Assembly (NCBI RefSeq): GCF_001194135.2
Contig: NC_068984.1
Span: forward strand, 50,107,205 to 50,157,966
DNA from: Octopus bimaculoides
Taxonomy: Eukaryota
Direction of reading: 5' to 3'
Length of the DNA stretch: 50,762 nt
Shown here: positions 49,775-50,762 of the stretch, piece after piece
Layout: each line of letters opens with the position of its first letter
Numbering within the stretch: the stretch's first letter is position 1
Program-made: the position numbers and the translations under genes
Notes under the pieces: generated by a model
What the model was told of the DNA's origin: nothing
What the model saw: only the letters and a program-made list of their open reading frames with translations
Database searches by the model: none

Positions 49775-50085
49775 ATTCCGCTCATGTACATTATTTACAT
49801 TATTTACATTTGACGGATATTTGTCCTCATCTTGTTTGTTGTTAACACAACGTTTCGGTTGATATACCCACCCAGCCTCCATCAAGTGTCTTGGGGAAAT
49901 TTCGAACCTGGGTTCTCATTCCTGAGATATTTTTCGATGTTGTTGTTGTTGTTGTTGTTGCTATTATTATTATTATTATTATTGTTATTATTATTATTAT
50001 TGTTATTATTATTATTCAAGTCACTACCTGGAATCGAACTCGGAATCTTGGAGTTAGTAGCCCGCGCTCTTAACCACTACGCCAC
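49775..50085 (-). mobile_element. tRNA-headed SINE-like element with internal (TAA/CAA)n and a hammerhead-like tail motif
   Basis: Minus strand: GGCGTAGTGGTTAAGAGCGCGGGCTACTAAC...GAGTTCGATTCCAGG (A/B boxes), microsatellite, then TTGATGGAGGCTG...CAACCGAAACGTTG, ending in (ATGTAAATA)n. Confidence 0.75.
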
Positions 50086-50141
50086 GGTTATGAGCGCGGG
50101 CTATTAACACCAAGATTCCCAGTTTGATTTCAGGCAGTGAC
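50020..50141. repeat. Head-to-head inverted duplication of the tRNA-like head (56-bp arms, 10-nt loop)
   Basis: 50020-50075 versus 50086-50141, 7 mismatches by eye. Confidence 0.92.
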
Positions 50142-50334
50142 TAATACGATTGCAGGCAGATCACTAATACGAGAGAGTATTAAACAGAGAAAGTATTAAT
50201 GCGAGAGAGTATTAAACCATTTGTTACGGTATGGAAATTTTCTACAATACTTATTTTACAAAATAATGATATCTTTCTATTTCAATAACGATTTCTTTTA
50301 TCGTATTTACATAACAACAATTGCATTCATATGT

Positions 50335-50470
50335 AGCCCACTCATTTAAAAAGAGAACCAGTTTCTCTCCGGTATTTAATTTATCGAGCCACATAAGAAT
50401 GAAGGGCAAGTTAACCTCGATGGAATTTGTGCTTAAATTCAGAATATGAAAATGTAAACTAGTCCTGTCT
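50335..50470 (-). mobile_element. SINE family B, decayed
   Basis: GGTATTTAATTTATCGAGCC...AATGAAGGGCAAGTTAACCTCGATGGAATTTG. Confidence 0.6.
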
Positions 50471-50762
50471 GATTTTTGCAATATCAAATCTATTCAACAG
50501 TAACAACAGCTATAACAAAAACTATTGCAACAAACTAGAACAACAAGCATTCTGGCAAGGATCCTATTTCCATAAAGTACCAAACGGAAGCATTAAATTC
50601 CCAACGAAAGGAAGTAACCAAACAGTTTATAAAGAAATTGTTGGAATATCTTTCAGTAAATAGCGAATGTAAAGACACGCAAAAAAGCTTTGGAATCGCA
50701 CCAACTGGTCCACAGCACTTCTCCACTACGCTGCAAAGTTTGGAAGCATATATATATATATA

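Overview
This is eukaryotic, AT-rich, repeat-dense DNA with 11 assembly gaps. It is most likely non-coding (intronic or intergenic) octopus genome; I infer this from tRNA-derived SINE families resembling the octopus OR/OK types and from extreme microsatellite density. I could not confirm any host protein-coding gene. Most ORFs in the supplied track are N-gap or microsatellite artefacts, and the few with recognisable motifs are transposon remnants. Recognisable content: (1) about 25 SINE copies or fragments from several families, three with clear target-site duplications; (2) a decayed CR1-type LINE with APE and RT motifs (10045-12480, minus); (3) an RTE 3' end (23290-23915); (4) an R4/Dong-like RLE LINE 3' end sitting in (TACA)n (38185-38800); (5) two Penelope-like ORF fragments; (6) hAT and mariner non-autonomous elements; (7) a 2.5-kb nest of inverted repeats (34960-37470). 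The most interesting signal is at 48886-49372. It is a 345-bp-period tandem unit carrying a minimal type I hammerhead ribozyme fold (49265-49309) with a palindromic stem III and a U4-to-C core change, running into a 333-N gap. Two inverted fragments in front of it end 3-4 nt from the predicted self-cleavage site. This looks like a Penelope-mobilised retrozyme or circRNA-producing element. All family assignments are from motif recognition by eye; no searches were run.
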